DNA of 64,000 nt from Enterobacter phage EspM4VN: the sequence record LC373201.2. One strand, 5' to 3'. The translations under genes were made by a program, and so were the position numbers. This document shows, one piece after another, positions 47,869 to 56,590 of the stretch; the first letter of the stretch is position 1, and each line of letters starts with the position of its first letter. A model generated the notes under the pieces. That model was not told the DNA's origin. It did not search any database and worked only from the letters and a program-made list of their open reading frames with translations.

Positions 47869-48643
47869 TGAACCCAAAGGTGTTGAGCTGAAGGGTAAAT
47901 CTGTTCGCGAAGGTCTGAAGCTGTCTCCAGACCTCCTGAAGTCACACATCGCCGAAGTCATCTATGAAGACCGTGAAGTCGGCGGCCACCGCGTCATCAC
48001 CTGCCACTTCAAGATGGACAACGGATTTATCGTCTGGGGCAAGAATAGCTCTACTTCCATCGACCCTGCCAACTTTGATGAAGAGTTGGGCAAGAAGCTG
48101 GCCTATGACAAGACCTTCTCCCAGTTGTGGGAACTGGAAGCCTACCGCGCCGTCGTAGAGAAGCAGATGTTGGAGGTGGCTACCGCCGATGCGAAGATAG
48201 ACATTTTCCAGTACATCTCCGAAAGGGGGAAGATAAATCAGATGGCTGGCATGGAATTCTTGAAAGGTCATGGCCAGTCTTTCTTGTTCCACCACTCACG
48301 AGATCCGAGTCGAGGGTTCGTTGCTGATTTTGTTCAAACAGACAATGAACGATACAACGACCAACACAACAGTAAAGCCCAAGCTGGGGTGGAAGCATAT
48401 CTGCGTTCGCACATGCTACCAGATGAACTGTATTCTGAACTCGTTGTTCGTCTGGCCAAGACTTGCGCGGCGGCTTACAAGGGTGGGATCTACTTTAATG
48501 CCACCACTTGGGATAAGATGAGCGCTGAAGAACAGAAAGACTGCTGTGAAGACATCAGGCGGCTCTTGCTGGCTCCGGTGGATTATATCCCAACCGACCA
48601 GAAGGACGCGCTGTTCAAGGCCATCGTAGACTCCTACAAATAA
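47852..48643 (+). CDS. hypothetical protein (263 aa)
   Basis: Start taken at ATG 47852 (MATINRNEPKG). It overlaps the end of the upstream ORF. Confidence 0.4.
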   Translation, partial: ATINRNEPKGVELKGKSVREGLKLSPDLLKSHIAEVIYEDREVGGHRVITCHFKMDNGFIVWGKNSSTSIDPANFDEELGKKLAYDKTFSQLWELEAYRAVVEKQMLEVATADAKIDIFQYISERGKINQMAGMEFLKGHGQSFLFHHSRDPSRGFVADFVQTDNERYNDQHNSKAQAGVEAYLRSHMLPDELYSELVVRLAKTCAAAYKGGIYFNATTWDKMSAEEQKDCCEDIRRLLLAPVDYIPTDQKDALFKAIVDSYK

Positions 48644-48673
48644 CTGAATTATCAAACTCCTTCAATAACAATG

Positions 48674-48699
48674 ACGCCCAGTATATTTGCTGGGCGTTT
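48674..48699 (+). terminator. intrinsic terminator (CGCCCAG-TATATTTG-CTGGGCG, then TTT)
   Basis: 7-bp stem plus T's. It is followed by TTTCAA ... 14 nt ... TATAAT (48717-48722), a candidate sigma70-like promoter for the prs/nadV pair. Confidence 0.5.
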
Positions 48700-48753
48700 C
48701 AATTTGTGCATCACAGTATAATACGGCTGTACAATACACCATGAGGCTACATT

Positions 48754-49608
48754 ATGTTTCGTTTGAAATTGAACGACCAAGATGTGTTCTACAAACACTT
48801 CACCTTCCCAGGTGGTGAGGAACACGTCAAGATCCAAAAGGCTGGCATCCCTGTCGGAAGAGTAAGAACCGTGGAAATCGAAGCCCATATCAAAACGTCG
48901 GCAGGCTTCATTGAACTGGCGCTATTAATGGACGCCTTGCGTGGTCTGGGTAACGTGGATCGCATGACGGAATATCACGTCACTATCCCTTACTTCCCAT
49001 ATGCCCGCCAGGATCGCCGTTGCGACTTTGGTGAGCCTCTGTCGGTGAAGTGGGCGGCTGAGTTCATCAATAGTATGAACTTTGACAATGTGTGGATCAA
49101 AGACCCTCACAGCAATGTCGTTACTTCTCTGATCAACAACGTCCATGTGGTCCCGCAAGATTACATCGTGCGTCAGTATCTGGGCTGGTTCATCCGTGGG
49201 AACAACGCTGTGTTGGTAGCCCCTGACGGCGGCGCGGCGAAGAAGACCGAAACCCTCAGCCTGTCATTGGATGGCGTTCCTGTTGTCTACGGGCACAAGA
49301 ATCGTGACACCAAGACTGGTGAGATCATTGGGGTGAGCATTACAAACCCTGAACTGATCAAAGACCGCTATCTGGTAGTGGTCGATGATATCTGTGACGG
49401 TGGGCGCACGTTTGTTGAGCTGGGCAAAGAGCTTCAGAAGCACAAGCCTAAGCACATGACGCTCTTCGTCACCCATGGCATCTTCAGCAAAGGTCTCTCT
49501 GTTTTCGACGGGATCTACGATGCTGTGTATGCCGACACTGTCTGGTGGGAGAACATCACCGCCGACGGTCTTCCTTTCAAAACTGAAAATACAGGACGTG
49601 TAAAATGA
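48754..49608 (+). CDS. prs: ribose-phosphate pyrophosphokinase (PRPP synthetase) family protein; possibly an ADPR-pyrophosphate synthetase (Adps) of an NAD+ reconstitution pathway
   Basis: IPYFPYARQDRR aligns with Prs IPYFGYARQDRR. VVVDDICDGGRTFVELGKEL ... THGIFS is the PRPP-binding loop (VLVDDMIDTGGTL ... THPIFS in Prs). ATGA overlap with the NAMPT gene. Confidence 0.8.
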   Translation: MFRLKLNDQDVFYKHFTFPGGEEHVKIQKAGIPVGRVRTVEIEAHIKTSAGFIELALLMDALRGLGNVDRMTEYHVTIPYFPYARQDRRCDFGEPLSVKWAAEFINSMNFDNVWIKDPHSNVVTSLINNVHVVPQDYIVRQYLGWFIRGNNAVLVAPDGGAAKKTETLSLSLDGVPVVYGHKNRDTKTGEIIGVSITNPELIKDRYLVVVDDICDGGRTFVELGKELQKHKPKHMTLFVTHGIFSKGLSVFDGIYDAVYADTVWWENITADGLPFKTENTGRVK

Positions 49609-51269
49609 GCATGCGCCACTTAGATCCAATCCATGCAATCGACTTCTACAAATCAGGTCACATCTATCAATTCCCTGAAGGCAGCGAGCTGGTGTTCTCC
49701 AACGGAACTCCGCGTTCCAACAAACTGTTCAACTCTCACCTGCCGAAGAACGGCGTGGTGGTCTGGGGTATCCAGGGCTTCATGACCTGGTTCCACGAAC
49801 TGTTTGACGAAGCGTTCTTCCAGCGCCCAAAGGCCAAGGTGCTGAAGAAGTATGCCCGTCGCATGAACAAAGTGCTGGGACCAGGCCGCGTCGGCACAGA
49901 GCATATCGAAGCCCTGCACGACCTCGGCTACCTGCCTATCGAAGTCCGTGCTCTGCCTGAAGGCACCATGTGCCCGTATGGCGTTCCGGTGTATGTGATG
50001 TTCAACACCTTGCCGGAGTTCTACTGGCTGACCAACTATCTGGAGACTGTATTCAGCTCTGAGATCTGGAAGCCGATGACGAACGCCACCATCGCCCTGC
50101 ACTACAAAGCGTTGATGGTGAAAGCTGCTATCGCTACAGGCGTGTCGCCGGACCATTGGTTCATCGACTACCAAGGCCATGACTTCTCCTTCCGTGGTAT
50201 GAGCGGGTGGCATGACGCTGCGTCTTCCGGTTCCGGCCACCTGGTGTTCTTCAAAGGCACCGATACCAACCCTGCCCTAGACTTCGTTGAAGAGTACTAT
50301 GGCGCAGACATCGACGAAGACTATGTCGTTGCTGGCTCCGTTGCGGCTACCGAACACGCCGTGATGTGTATGGGCACGAAGGATGGCGAATTCGAAACCT
50401 TCCGCCGCCTGGTGCAGGACGTGTATCCTGATGGCATCGTCAGTATCGTGTCTGACGCGTGGGACTATTGGCAGGTCATCGACGACTATCTGCCTCGCCT
50501 GAAAGACATTATCATGGCACGCAACGGTAAAGTCGTGATCCGCCCTGACTCGGGCGACCCTGTACACATCGTTGGCGGCTACCGCATTGAATCATTCCGC
50601 AATCGTGGGACGCTTCAGTTAAGCAGCGTGTCCAGCAGCACCGAAGTCATTCACATCGAAGAGACGAACACCTATCACCTGATCACAGGCGAAGGCACGA
50701 TCAACTCTCTGATGGCAGATGACCGCAATATCATCAGCCGTTCTGAAGCGGTCGGCTCTATTCAACGCCTGTGGGAGATCTTTGGTGGCACCCAGACCGA
50801 AACTGGCCACTTCCTGTTGGATGAGCACATCGGTCTGATCTACGGTGACTCCATCACCCTGGCACGTGAAGACCAGATCTTTGGCCGTCTGGCTGGCCGG
50901 AACTTCGCTTCCATCAACGTGGTCTTCGGTATCGGTTCCTACACCTACCAGATGAACACCCGTGACAGCACTGGGACGGCGGTGAAAGCCACGGCTGGTA
51001 AAGTGAACGGTGAATTCCGTGAGATCTTCAAAGAGCCGAAGACTGACAAAGGCGGGACTAAAAAGTCTGCGCGTGGTTTCCTTAAAGTCATTAAAGACTC
51101 TCAGGGTAAACTAGTGTTGGTTGACGGTATCACCTTTGATCAGGTACAAGACGCCGACAACCAGCACCAGCTGGTGTACCGTGATGGTAAGTTCTCCAAC
51201 ACTCAGACTCTGGAAGATGCGCGTGTTCGTGCCGCTCCTCTGGTGGCGGAACTGGCCTCACAAATCTGA
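49605..51269 (+). CDS. nadV: nicotinamide phosphoribosyltransferase family protein (NadV/NAMPT; Namat-like)
   Basis: N-terminal DFYKSGH (NAMPT DSYK.SH motif). 554 aa, typical NAMPT length. Tightly coupled to the upstream Prs-like gene. Confidence 0.8.
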   Translation: MSMRHLDPIHAIDFYKSGHIYQFPEGSELVFSNGTPRSNKLFNSHLPKNGVVVWGIQGFMTWFHELFDEAFFQRPKAKVLKKYARRMNKVLGPGRVGTEHIEALHDLGYLPIEVRALPEGTMCPYGVPVYVMFNTLPEFYWLTNYLETVFSSEIWKPMTNATIALHYKALMVKAAIATGVSPDHWFIDYQGHDFSFRGMSGWHDAASSGSGHLVFFKGTDTNPALDFVEEYYGADIDEDYVVAGSVAATEHAVMCMGTKDGEFETFRRLVQDVYPDGIVSIVSDAWDYWQVIDDYLPRLKDIIMARNGKVVIRPDSGDPVHIVGGYRIESFRNRGTLQLSSVSSSTEVIHIEETNTYHLITGEGTINSLMADDRNIISRSEAVGSIQRLWEIFGGTQTETGHFLLDEHIGLIYGDSITLAREDQIFGRLAGRNFASINVVFGIGSYTYQMNTRDSTGTAVKATAGKVNGEFREIFKEPKTDKGGTKKSARGFLKVIKDSQGKLVLVDGITFDQVQDADNQHQLVYRDGKFSNTQTLEDARVRAAPLVAELASQI

Positions 51270-51310
51270 TAACCGAAGGGGAGGAAACTCCCCTGTTTTG
51301 AGGTCGAGGA

Positions 51311-51481
51311 ATGTCCAAACCATTCAAAAATGCGGGTGTCGACAACCTCGACCGCCGCTTTACTCCATCGGAAACGCTGATGAGCCAGATTGAACTCAAT
51401 CGCGATTTCCTGGAACATATGCTGGTCAAGCCGGAAGGTGAGGCCGAAGACAACCCTGAAGAAGGCAATAACGATGATTGA
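51311..51481 (+). CDS. small acidic protein (56 aa); absent from the ORF track
   Basis: GAGG RBS. Its stop overlaps the vWA gene start (ATGATTGA). Confidence 0.3.
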   Translation: MSKPFKNAGVDNLDRRFTPSETLMSQIELNRDFLEHMLVKPEGEAEDNPEEGNNDD

Positions 51482-53705
51482 ATCATTAGAATTTAAGAAT
51501 GCGGTTGCGACTGCTGCTCCGTCCAACCATGTAATCGTTGTGGACATCTCTTATTCGATGTACCGTGCGCTCCCTGAAGTCCGTAAGCATCTGAAGGAGA
51601 ACCTGCCTTCTCTGGTGAAACCGGAAGACACTGTGAGTGTTCTGTACTTCTCATCCCGTGGCGACTTTGGTACTGTGTTCGCTGGCCGTCAGGTTAGTGC
51701 AGCATCTGACCTGAGTGAGCTGAACAAACTGATCGACCGCTTCCTGCAGCCATCTGGCTGTACTGGCTTTGTTGAGCCTTTAAAGCTGGCGTTCGATACT
51801 GCAGACAGCCTGAAGAAGCCTGGCTATGTCAACAACCTGGCGTTCATGACCGATGGTTATGACAACTGCTGGCGTACCAACGAAATCCTGCTGGTCGCCG
51901 AGACCCTGCCTCATGCATTCGACAACATCACGTTCATCGAATACGGCTGGAACTGTAACCGCGAACTGCTGTCGCAGATGGCTGAACGCTCTGGTGCGAC
52001 TCACGTGTTCGCCGAAGGCCAGACTGAATATCAGACTGAGCTGGAAAACGTTCTGAAGTCCTCGGTGCCGAAGGTTCGTGTCGACATCAGCGCCCTATAC
52101 ACGCATGCCATCTACGTTGAAAATGGCGTAGCAACTGTGTTAGCTGCTCAGTCGGACGTGAAAGATTCGGATATCCCTGGGGTGAAGGTCGAAGTAAGCG
52201 CCTACGTTAACGTCCCTGAGAGCGTCACCAAGCTGTGGGTTGTAAACCCTAACATGATCGACCAGATGGATAGCCTGACGGATATCCAGGCGGCATACGT
52301 GCTGGCGTTCTACGGCGTACACACGATGGACGCAGATCTGGTTTGGGCTGCTCTGAAGAAGACTGGTGACGTGCGCTTCATCAAGCGTTACAACAACTGC
52401 TTCACCAAGCAGGACTACTCCAACATCAAGATCGATCTGGTACAGGCTATCGTTGACGACCAGCTGCGCGGCGTTGAAGGCATCGACTACAACCTGGTTC
52501 CGGCTGAAGACGCAACCACCGTCGTTGATGTGCTGACGTACCTGGCCGAAGCTGGTGTGTCTGTTGCAACCAAGCATCCTATGTTCTCCTATCGCAGCAT
52601 TGGTCGCGGTACTGTGCAGAAAGCCGACGACACCGAAGACAAGCTGGCTGAAGAGATCGCGAATGCTCAGTCCAAAGAAGAGCGTAAAGCCCTGGCTCTC
52701 AAGCTGGCAGAGCACGAAGAGTGGACGCCGTCGTTTGAACCTGCGAACGATCTGGGCGTGGTTCCAATCAGCGACCTGGTCTATAACTCCGAGCGCCCGA
52801 ACATCAGTGTGCGTACAATTCAACACGGTACTGTGGCGGTGCCTGAGTTCGCGCAGAAGAAGTTTGGCCTGCCTGAAGAACTGGACACCTTCCAGTGGCG
52901 CAACTACACCATCGTCAAAGATGGCATCATCAACGTGAAGACCCTGCCGTTCAAGGCTGACGCCGAAGTTGCGACTGTTCTTCATCAGATGGGCGTTCAC
53001 GTGTTCGGTGGCCAGAACGACGTGTTCATCCTGAACCTGGAAAGCGTACCGCTGGTCAACCGCGCCATGACCAAGAACATCAGTGCTGCTCAGTTCTTTG
53101 CCGACAACGTCCGCCTGGAAGCCCTGAAAGGCAAACAGAAGGTGCTGAAGTTCTACCGTGACGCCCTGGTTGGTAAGGGTAACGCCAAAGGTCTGGCTAT
53201 TCAGTACGGTGCCGAGGCCGCAGAATACCTGTCTGGCGTTGGCATCCGTGATTACGGCTTCTCACCGAAGACTGAGACCAAGGAGTCTACCGACTTCTAC
53301 ATGAGCCGTGAGCTGAACGTGAAGATCGCTGGCGCTTCTTCCCTGCCGTCTATCGCAGCGGTGCAGAAGAAGATTGCCGACAAGAAGAACCTGAATGCTG
53401 GTGACATGTTCATCGCCAATGCGCTGAAAGAGTACGATGCATTCGTGAAGTCTCCGGCCATTACTGCTGTACCTGAAGCCGTACAGAAACAGCTGATCGA
53501 AAACTGGATCGACGCTGCTGCCAAGGCGGCCATCACCGAAGTCCGCGCCCTGAACAAGACGCTGTCTAAAGTGGTGTACGGTATCGTTGCTGGCCACGGC
53601 TGGTTCACCGACCTCGATCTGGAAGAGTCAACCATGGAAGTTGAAGTGGATGGCGTGAAGTACAAGGTCACTGCCGAACTGGCAGAGAAAGAGATCAAAA
53701 TCTAA
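51474..53705 (+). CDS. von Willebrand factor A (vWA) domain protein with a long C-terminal extension
   Basis: HVIVVDISYSM is a DxSxS MIDAS motif. It is followed by a Rossmann-like vWA fold (TVSVLYFSSRGD ... LAFMTDGYDN). Total 743 aa from ATG 51474. Confidence 0.6.
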   Translation: MIESLEFKNAVATAAPSNHVIVVDISYSMYRALPEVRKHLKENLPSLVKPEDTVSVLYFSSRGDFGTVFAGRQVSAASDLSELNKLIDRFLQPSGCTGFVEPLKLAFDTADSLKKPGYVNNLAFMTDGYDNCWRTNEILLVAETLPHAFDNITFIEYGWNCNRELLSQMAERSGATHVFAEGQTEYQTELENVLKSSVPKVRVDISALYTHAIYVENGVATVLAAQSDVKDSDIPGVKVEVSAYVNVPESVTKLWVVNPNMIDQMDSLTDIQAAYVLAFYGVHTMDADLVWAALKKTGDVRFIKRYNNCFTKQDYSNIKIDLVQAIVDDQLRGVEGIDYNLVPAEDATTVVDVLTYLAEAGVSVATKHPMFSYRSIGRGTVQKADDTEDKLAEEIANAQSKEERKALALKLAEHEEWTPSFEPANDLGVVPISDLVYNSERPNISVRTIQHGTVAVPEFAQKKFGLPEELDTFQWRNYTIVKDGIINVKTLPFKADAEVATVLHQMGVHVFGGQNDVFILNLESVPLVNRAMTKNISAAQFFADNVRLEALKGKQKVLKFYRDALVGKGNAKGLAIQYGAEAAEYLSGVGIRDYGFSPKTETKESTDFYMSRELNVKIAGASSLPSIAAVQKKIADKKNLNAGDMFIANALKEYDAFVKSPAITAVPEAVQKQLIENWIDAAAKAAITEVRALNKTLSKVVYGIVAGHGWFTDLDLEESTMEVEVDGVKYKVTAELAEKEIKI

Positions 53706-53710
53706 TCCAA

Positions 53711-53737
53711 CGGGCGGGGCAACCCGCCTTTCTTTGG
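53711..53737 (+). terminator. intrinsic terminator (GGGCGGG-GCAA-CCCGCC, then TTTCTTTGG)
   Basis: GC stem with a GCAA loop and a U-run. Confidence 0.6.
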
Positions 53738-53747
53738 GAGAAGTAAC

Positions 53748-54074
53748 ATGAGCAGTAAACCAACATATGTTGAAGTCATGCGTCATCTGGCTCAGTACGC
53801 CACTGACAATCTGAATCTGGAAGTCAGTGATGAGGACAAGAGTAGCATCAAAGGAATCGTCGACGCCGAAGTGGTAATCAACGATGCCCTGGACAAGCTG
53901 GCTGGCCTCCGCACCAAGAAAGACCTCGGTGGTGATGAACTCGATGCTATCGAAATCGTAATGGACCTCGAAGAAGAGTTTCAGGTAGAAATCGACGATG
54001 GTTGGCTGGGTAGTAAAGGCGATGACCCTACCATGGGCGAACTCGCTGAACTCGTGGTTGCCCTGCGCAAATAA
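53748..54074 (+). CDS. acyl carrier protein (ACP)-like protein in which the phosphopantetheine-attachment serine is replaced by glutamate
   Basis: KDLGGDELDAIEIVMDLEEEFQVEIDD aligns with E. coli AcpP [27 protein letters not shown]. The DSL serine is E here (GDELD). Confidence 0.65.
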   Translation: MSSKPTYVEVMRHLAQYATDNLNLEVSDEDKSSIKGIVDAEVVINDALDKLAGLRTKKDLGGDELDAIEIVMDLEEEFQVEIDDGWLGSKGDDPTMGELAELVVALRK

Positions 54075-54080
54075 CAGAAG

Positions 54081-54106
54081 TCCCCAACGTTTGTTGGGGA
54101 TTTTTA
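54081..54106 (+). terminator. intrinsic terminator (TCCCCAAC-GTTT-GTTGGGGA, then TTTTT)
   Basis: Perfect 8-bp stem and a U-run. Confidence 0.75.
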
Positions 54107-54197
54107 CTTTTAGGGGTTTACTTCTTCCAAGTAATGTCCTATTATTCAATAACTGGCGAACGATGGGGTTCACCAGATTGAGATGAAGGGTTACATT

Positions 54198-54437
54198 ATG
54201 AAACTGCCTGGTTACGTTGAAATCTATGTCCGCCTCGATAAAGACGGTAATCTGAAAGCCAAAGAGTTGACGCACATGATTATCAAGTACGGCGTCGACA
54301 CTGTGGTCGAAGTTGAAAACGAACAAGTTAAAGGTGAGTATGTCAAAATTAAAGGGCGTGGCCTCAGAACAAACCCGACTTACTTTGTGGGAGTTCACCT
54401 TGACACAGGTAAAGAAGTCGTGGAGATGGTGGCATAA
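54198..54437 (+). CDS. hypothetical protein (79 aa)
   Basis: GAAGGG RBS 7 nt before ATG 54198. Confidence 0.35.
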   Translation: MKLPGYVEIYVRLDKDGNLKAKELTHMIIKYGVDTVVEVENEQVKGEYVKIKGRGLRTNPTYFVGVHLDTGKEVVEMVA

Positions 54438-54682
54438 TGTCAAATAAGAACAAAATGGTCGAAACTTCAGTAGAGATTGATCGCAATTGGGGTTTGCTGC
54501 GCGCCAAAGGGTTCCGTCGTGTGTATGCGACCAAAGAAGTCTATGCCCAGCGCCGTGACGTTATCATCAGCAAGAAAGGCAAAGAGTGGGTTGCTGAAGA
54601 AGTCGATGTTGAGACGGGCGTCGTCGGTAAGGTGAAGGCCAAGGCCGCGATCCTCTTCGCTCTTCTGAAGCATATCAATTAA
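54437..54682 (+). CDS. hypothetical protein (81 aa)
   Basis: TAATG coupled start. Confidence 0.4.
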   Translation: MSNKNKMVETSVEIDRNWGLLRAKGFRRVYATKEVYAQRRDVIISKKGKEWVAEEVDVETGVVGKVKAKAAILFALLKHIN

Positions 54683-54741
54683 TTCTATAAACTCCGGCGG
54701 GGTATGATTACCCCGTCTATTTGAAATGCAGGAACTATATC

Positions 54742-55197
54742 ATGACCCGTATCAATGTTATTCCCGTTGAATCTCTTTGTGACCAGCACCTCCTTGCCGA
54801 GTACACCGAACTCGCGCCTGTCGTTCTTAATGTGGTGAACGGCAAGCGCCGCAACCTCAAGGGTGCTCCGAAGCAGTACAAACTCAACGAAGGTCATGTG
54901 CTGTTCTTCCGCGACAAGCTCATTTATCTGATTGAGCGATATGATCAGCTTGTTACCGAACTGCTGTCCCGTGGGTACACTGTCAACTATCCGTCCCTCC
55001 GCAATCAGGTGACCTCCGATAATCGACAGGAACTCGCGATCTATCTGAACGATTACCAACCGACCCAAGCCGCAGTCCAAGAGAATGTCGAGCGCATTGT
55101 CGAACGCCTGAATGGGATGGGTAAAATCACGTATAACCGCACACCAGTAGACCCATCCTACATGGTGAACGTTATGAAACAATCATTCCAATTCTGA
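54742..55197 (+). CDS. denV: pyrimidine-dimer DNA glycosylase (endonuclease V, DenV)
   Basis: MTRINVIPVESLCDQHLLAEYTELAPV aligns with T4 endo V [27 protein letters not shown]. Further matches are GHVLFFRDKLIYL (GHVTFFYDKLEFL) and SRGYTVNY. Confidence 0.85.
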   Translation: MTRINVIPVESLCDQHLLAEYTELAPVVLNVVNGKRRNLKGAPKQYKLNEGHVLFFRDKLIYLIERYDQLVTELLSRGYTVNYPSLRNQVTSDNRQELAIYLNDYQPTQAAVQENVERIVERLNGMGKITYNRTPVDPSYMVNVMKQSFQF

Positions 55198-55209
55198 AGA
55201 GACTATATC

Positions 55210-55584
55210 ATGAAAAAGTTAATCCTTGTCGTTGCCATGCTGGGCGCTTCCTTCTCTGCTGTTTCCGCTCCTCCTGTCATCACCGGAGTGTCTACCAACG
55301 GTGTTTATGCTTTCAAGGCGTATGGCCAAGACCTCGTTCTGTATAAGAACGGGAAGATGATTGAGCGCTGCGTATCAGACGGCGTAAACCGTGGGATCGA
55401 CAATCAGGGCAGCCCGTTCATTCTAGACTTCTATGCCTGCTCCAACGGGACTAAGACCTTCGGTGTCAAGACCTTTGGTAACGTTGCCGACGGTGGTTGG
55501 GGCTTCATGATTGAAACCCGCAATCGCCGCCCAGTCACCACCATGGAAGAAGAGTTCATGATCTCTGTTGGGGGCACGTTATGA
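55210..55584 (+). CDS. secreted/periplasmic protein (signal peptide MKKLILVVAMLGASFSAVSA)
   Basis: Classic Sec signal peptide with an AVSA|AP cleavage site. Confidence 0.45.
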   Translation: MKKLILVVAMLGASFSAVSAPPVITGVSTNGVYAFKAYGQDLVLYKNGKMIERCVSDGVNRGIDNQGSPFILDFYACSNGTKTFGVKTFGNVADGGWGFMIETRNRRPVTTMEEEFMISVGGTL

Positions 55585-55868
55585 CTCCTGAACAACGCCG
55601 TTCCGTGAAAGTCATGGTGAAAGGCAAGACACATCTGAGTTATGTCCAGTCTGCCAATGTTGTCCGCCTGATGGAAGTCAAGAACGACATCGACAACTCC
55701 CGATTCCAATCGGCGCTCTATGGGCTTCTCGAGTTCGTTCTGCGCCAGGCTGATCTTGGTCATGTCGATACTCTTGATGATCTGACCAATCTGTTGAATA
55801 CGGGCGGGGAAGGTTTCGACACCGCCCGTATCCTGATTGATGGCGGACCTGAAGAAGACGAGGTGTAA
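55581..55868 (+). CDS. hypothetical protein (95 aa)
   Basis: ATGA-coupled to the upstream gene. Confidence 0.4.
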   Translation: MTPEQRRSVKVMVKGKTHLSYVQSANVVRLMEVKNDIDNSRFQSALYGLLEFVLRQADLGHVDTLDDLTNLLNTGGEGFDTARILIDGGPEEDEV

Positions 55869-55869
55869 T

Positions 55870-56028
55870 ATGGATAAAGAATTGGTTTGGGAAATTGTGA
55901 AGGGTGTCCTGGTAATAATCGCGGTGGTTTTCATCTTGGGTGGGAACTTCTTCTATTGGTTATTCCGATCCGACCAGAAACGTCGCGAACGCAAGGAGAA
56001 AGAGAGAAAGGATCGCTGGATGCGCTAA
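55870..56028 (+). CDS. small single-pass membrane protein with a highly charged C-terminus (53 aa)
   Basis: GAGGTG RBS. The TM segment VLVIIAVVFILGGNFFYWLF is followed by RSDQKRRERKEKERKDRWMR. The architecture is holin/antiholin-like; this is a guess. Confidence 0.4.
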   Translation: MDKELVWEIVKGVLVIIAVVFILGGNFFYWLFRSDQKRRERKEKERKDRWMR

Positions 56029-56061
56029 CTAAGGGATAATCCATATCCCGAGGTGAATCTC

Positions 56062-56511
56062 ATGTTCATGTCTTCCTTCATAGACTGGTTGAACATTATC
56101 AACGGCCTGAGGATTCCTGTTGGAAACCTCGGGCTTTCTCGTTCTTCTATGCCACAGATTGACGATGACAAGCAGCAGGCGTTCCATGACTACCTGGAGG
56201 AACTTGGCATCACCATCGACGCTGGCCAGGTTCCAATCAGATCCCTCCGTCTCACCCAGAACGAAATCAACAAGATGAAGGTCTGGAAGATCATGAAGAA
56301 CATTCGGAACAAGAAGCCCATGGGACGGGTTTGGGTTTCTTCTGACAATTATGTGGTCGACGGCTCACACCGCTATGTCGCCGCCCTGAACATGGATGAC
56401 CGCCAGCGCCTCAAGGTCTACAAAGTGGACATGCCTGCTCTGGAGTTCGTCAAGGTTGCCAAGCAGTTCAAGGGTGTGAAGTTCAGAACCGTGTCTGACG
56501 CTCGCTTCTGA
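56062..56511 (+). CDS. ParB/Srx-like nuclease-domain protein (DGSHR motif)
   Basis: NYVVDGSHRYVAALN matches the ParB N-terminal-domain DGxHR signature. Confidence 0.4.
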   Translation: MFMSSFIDWLNIINGLRIPVGNLGLSRSSMPQIDDDKQQAFHDYLEELGITIDAGQVPIRSLRLTQNEINKMKVWKIMKNIRNKKPMGRVWVSSDNYVVDGSHRYVAALNMDDRQRLKVYKVDMPALEFVKVAKQFKGVKFRTVSDARF

Positions 56512-56590
56512 ATACGATAGTTTATTGAAACCCTTTACTCAACATGGTGAGCCGCCTATCATTTCATCCAATGAAATAAGGAGAATCACC

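Noticed and set aside
47440-48643. Possible sixth frameshift between the overlapping ORFs 47440..47868 and 47816..48643
   Set aside because: Both products look complete. The first ends after a Cys-rich domain. The second has a plausible internal start at ATG 47852 just downstream. There is no homology evidence linking them.
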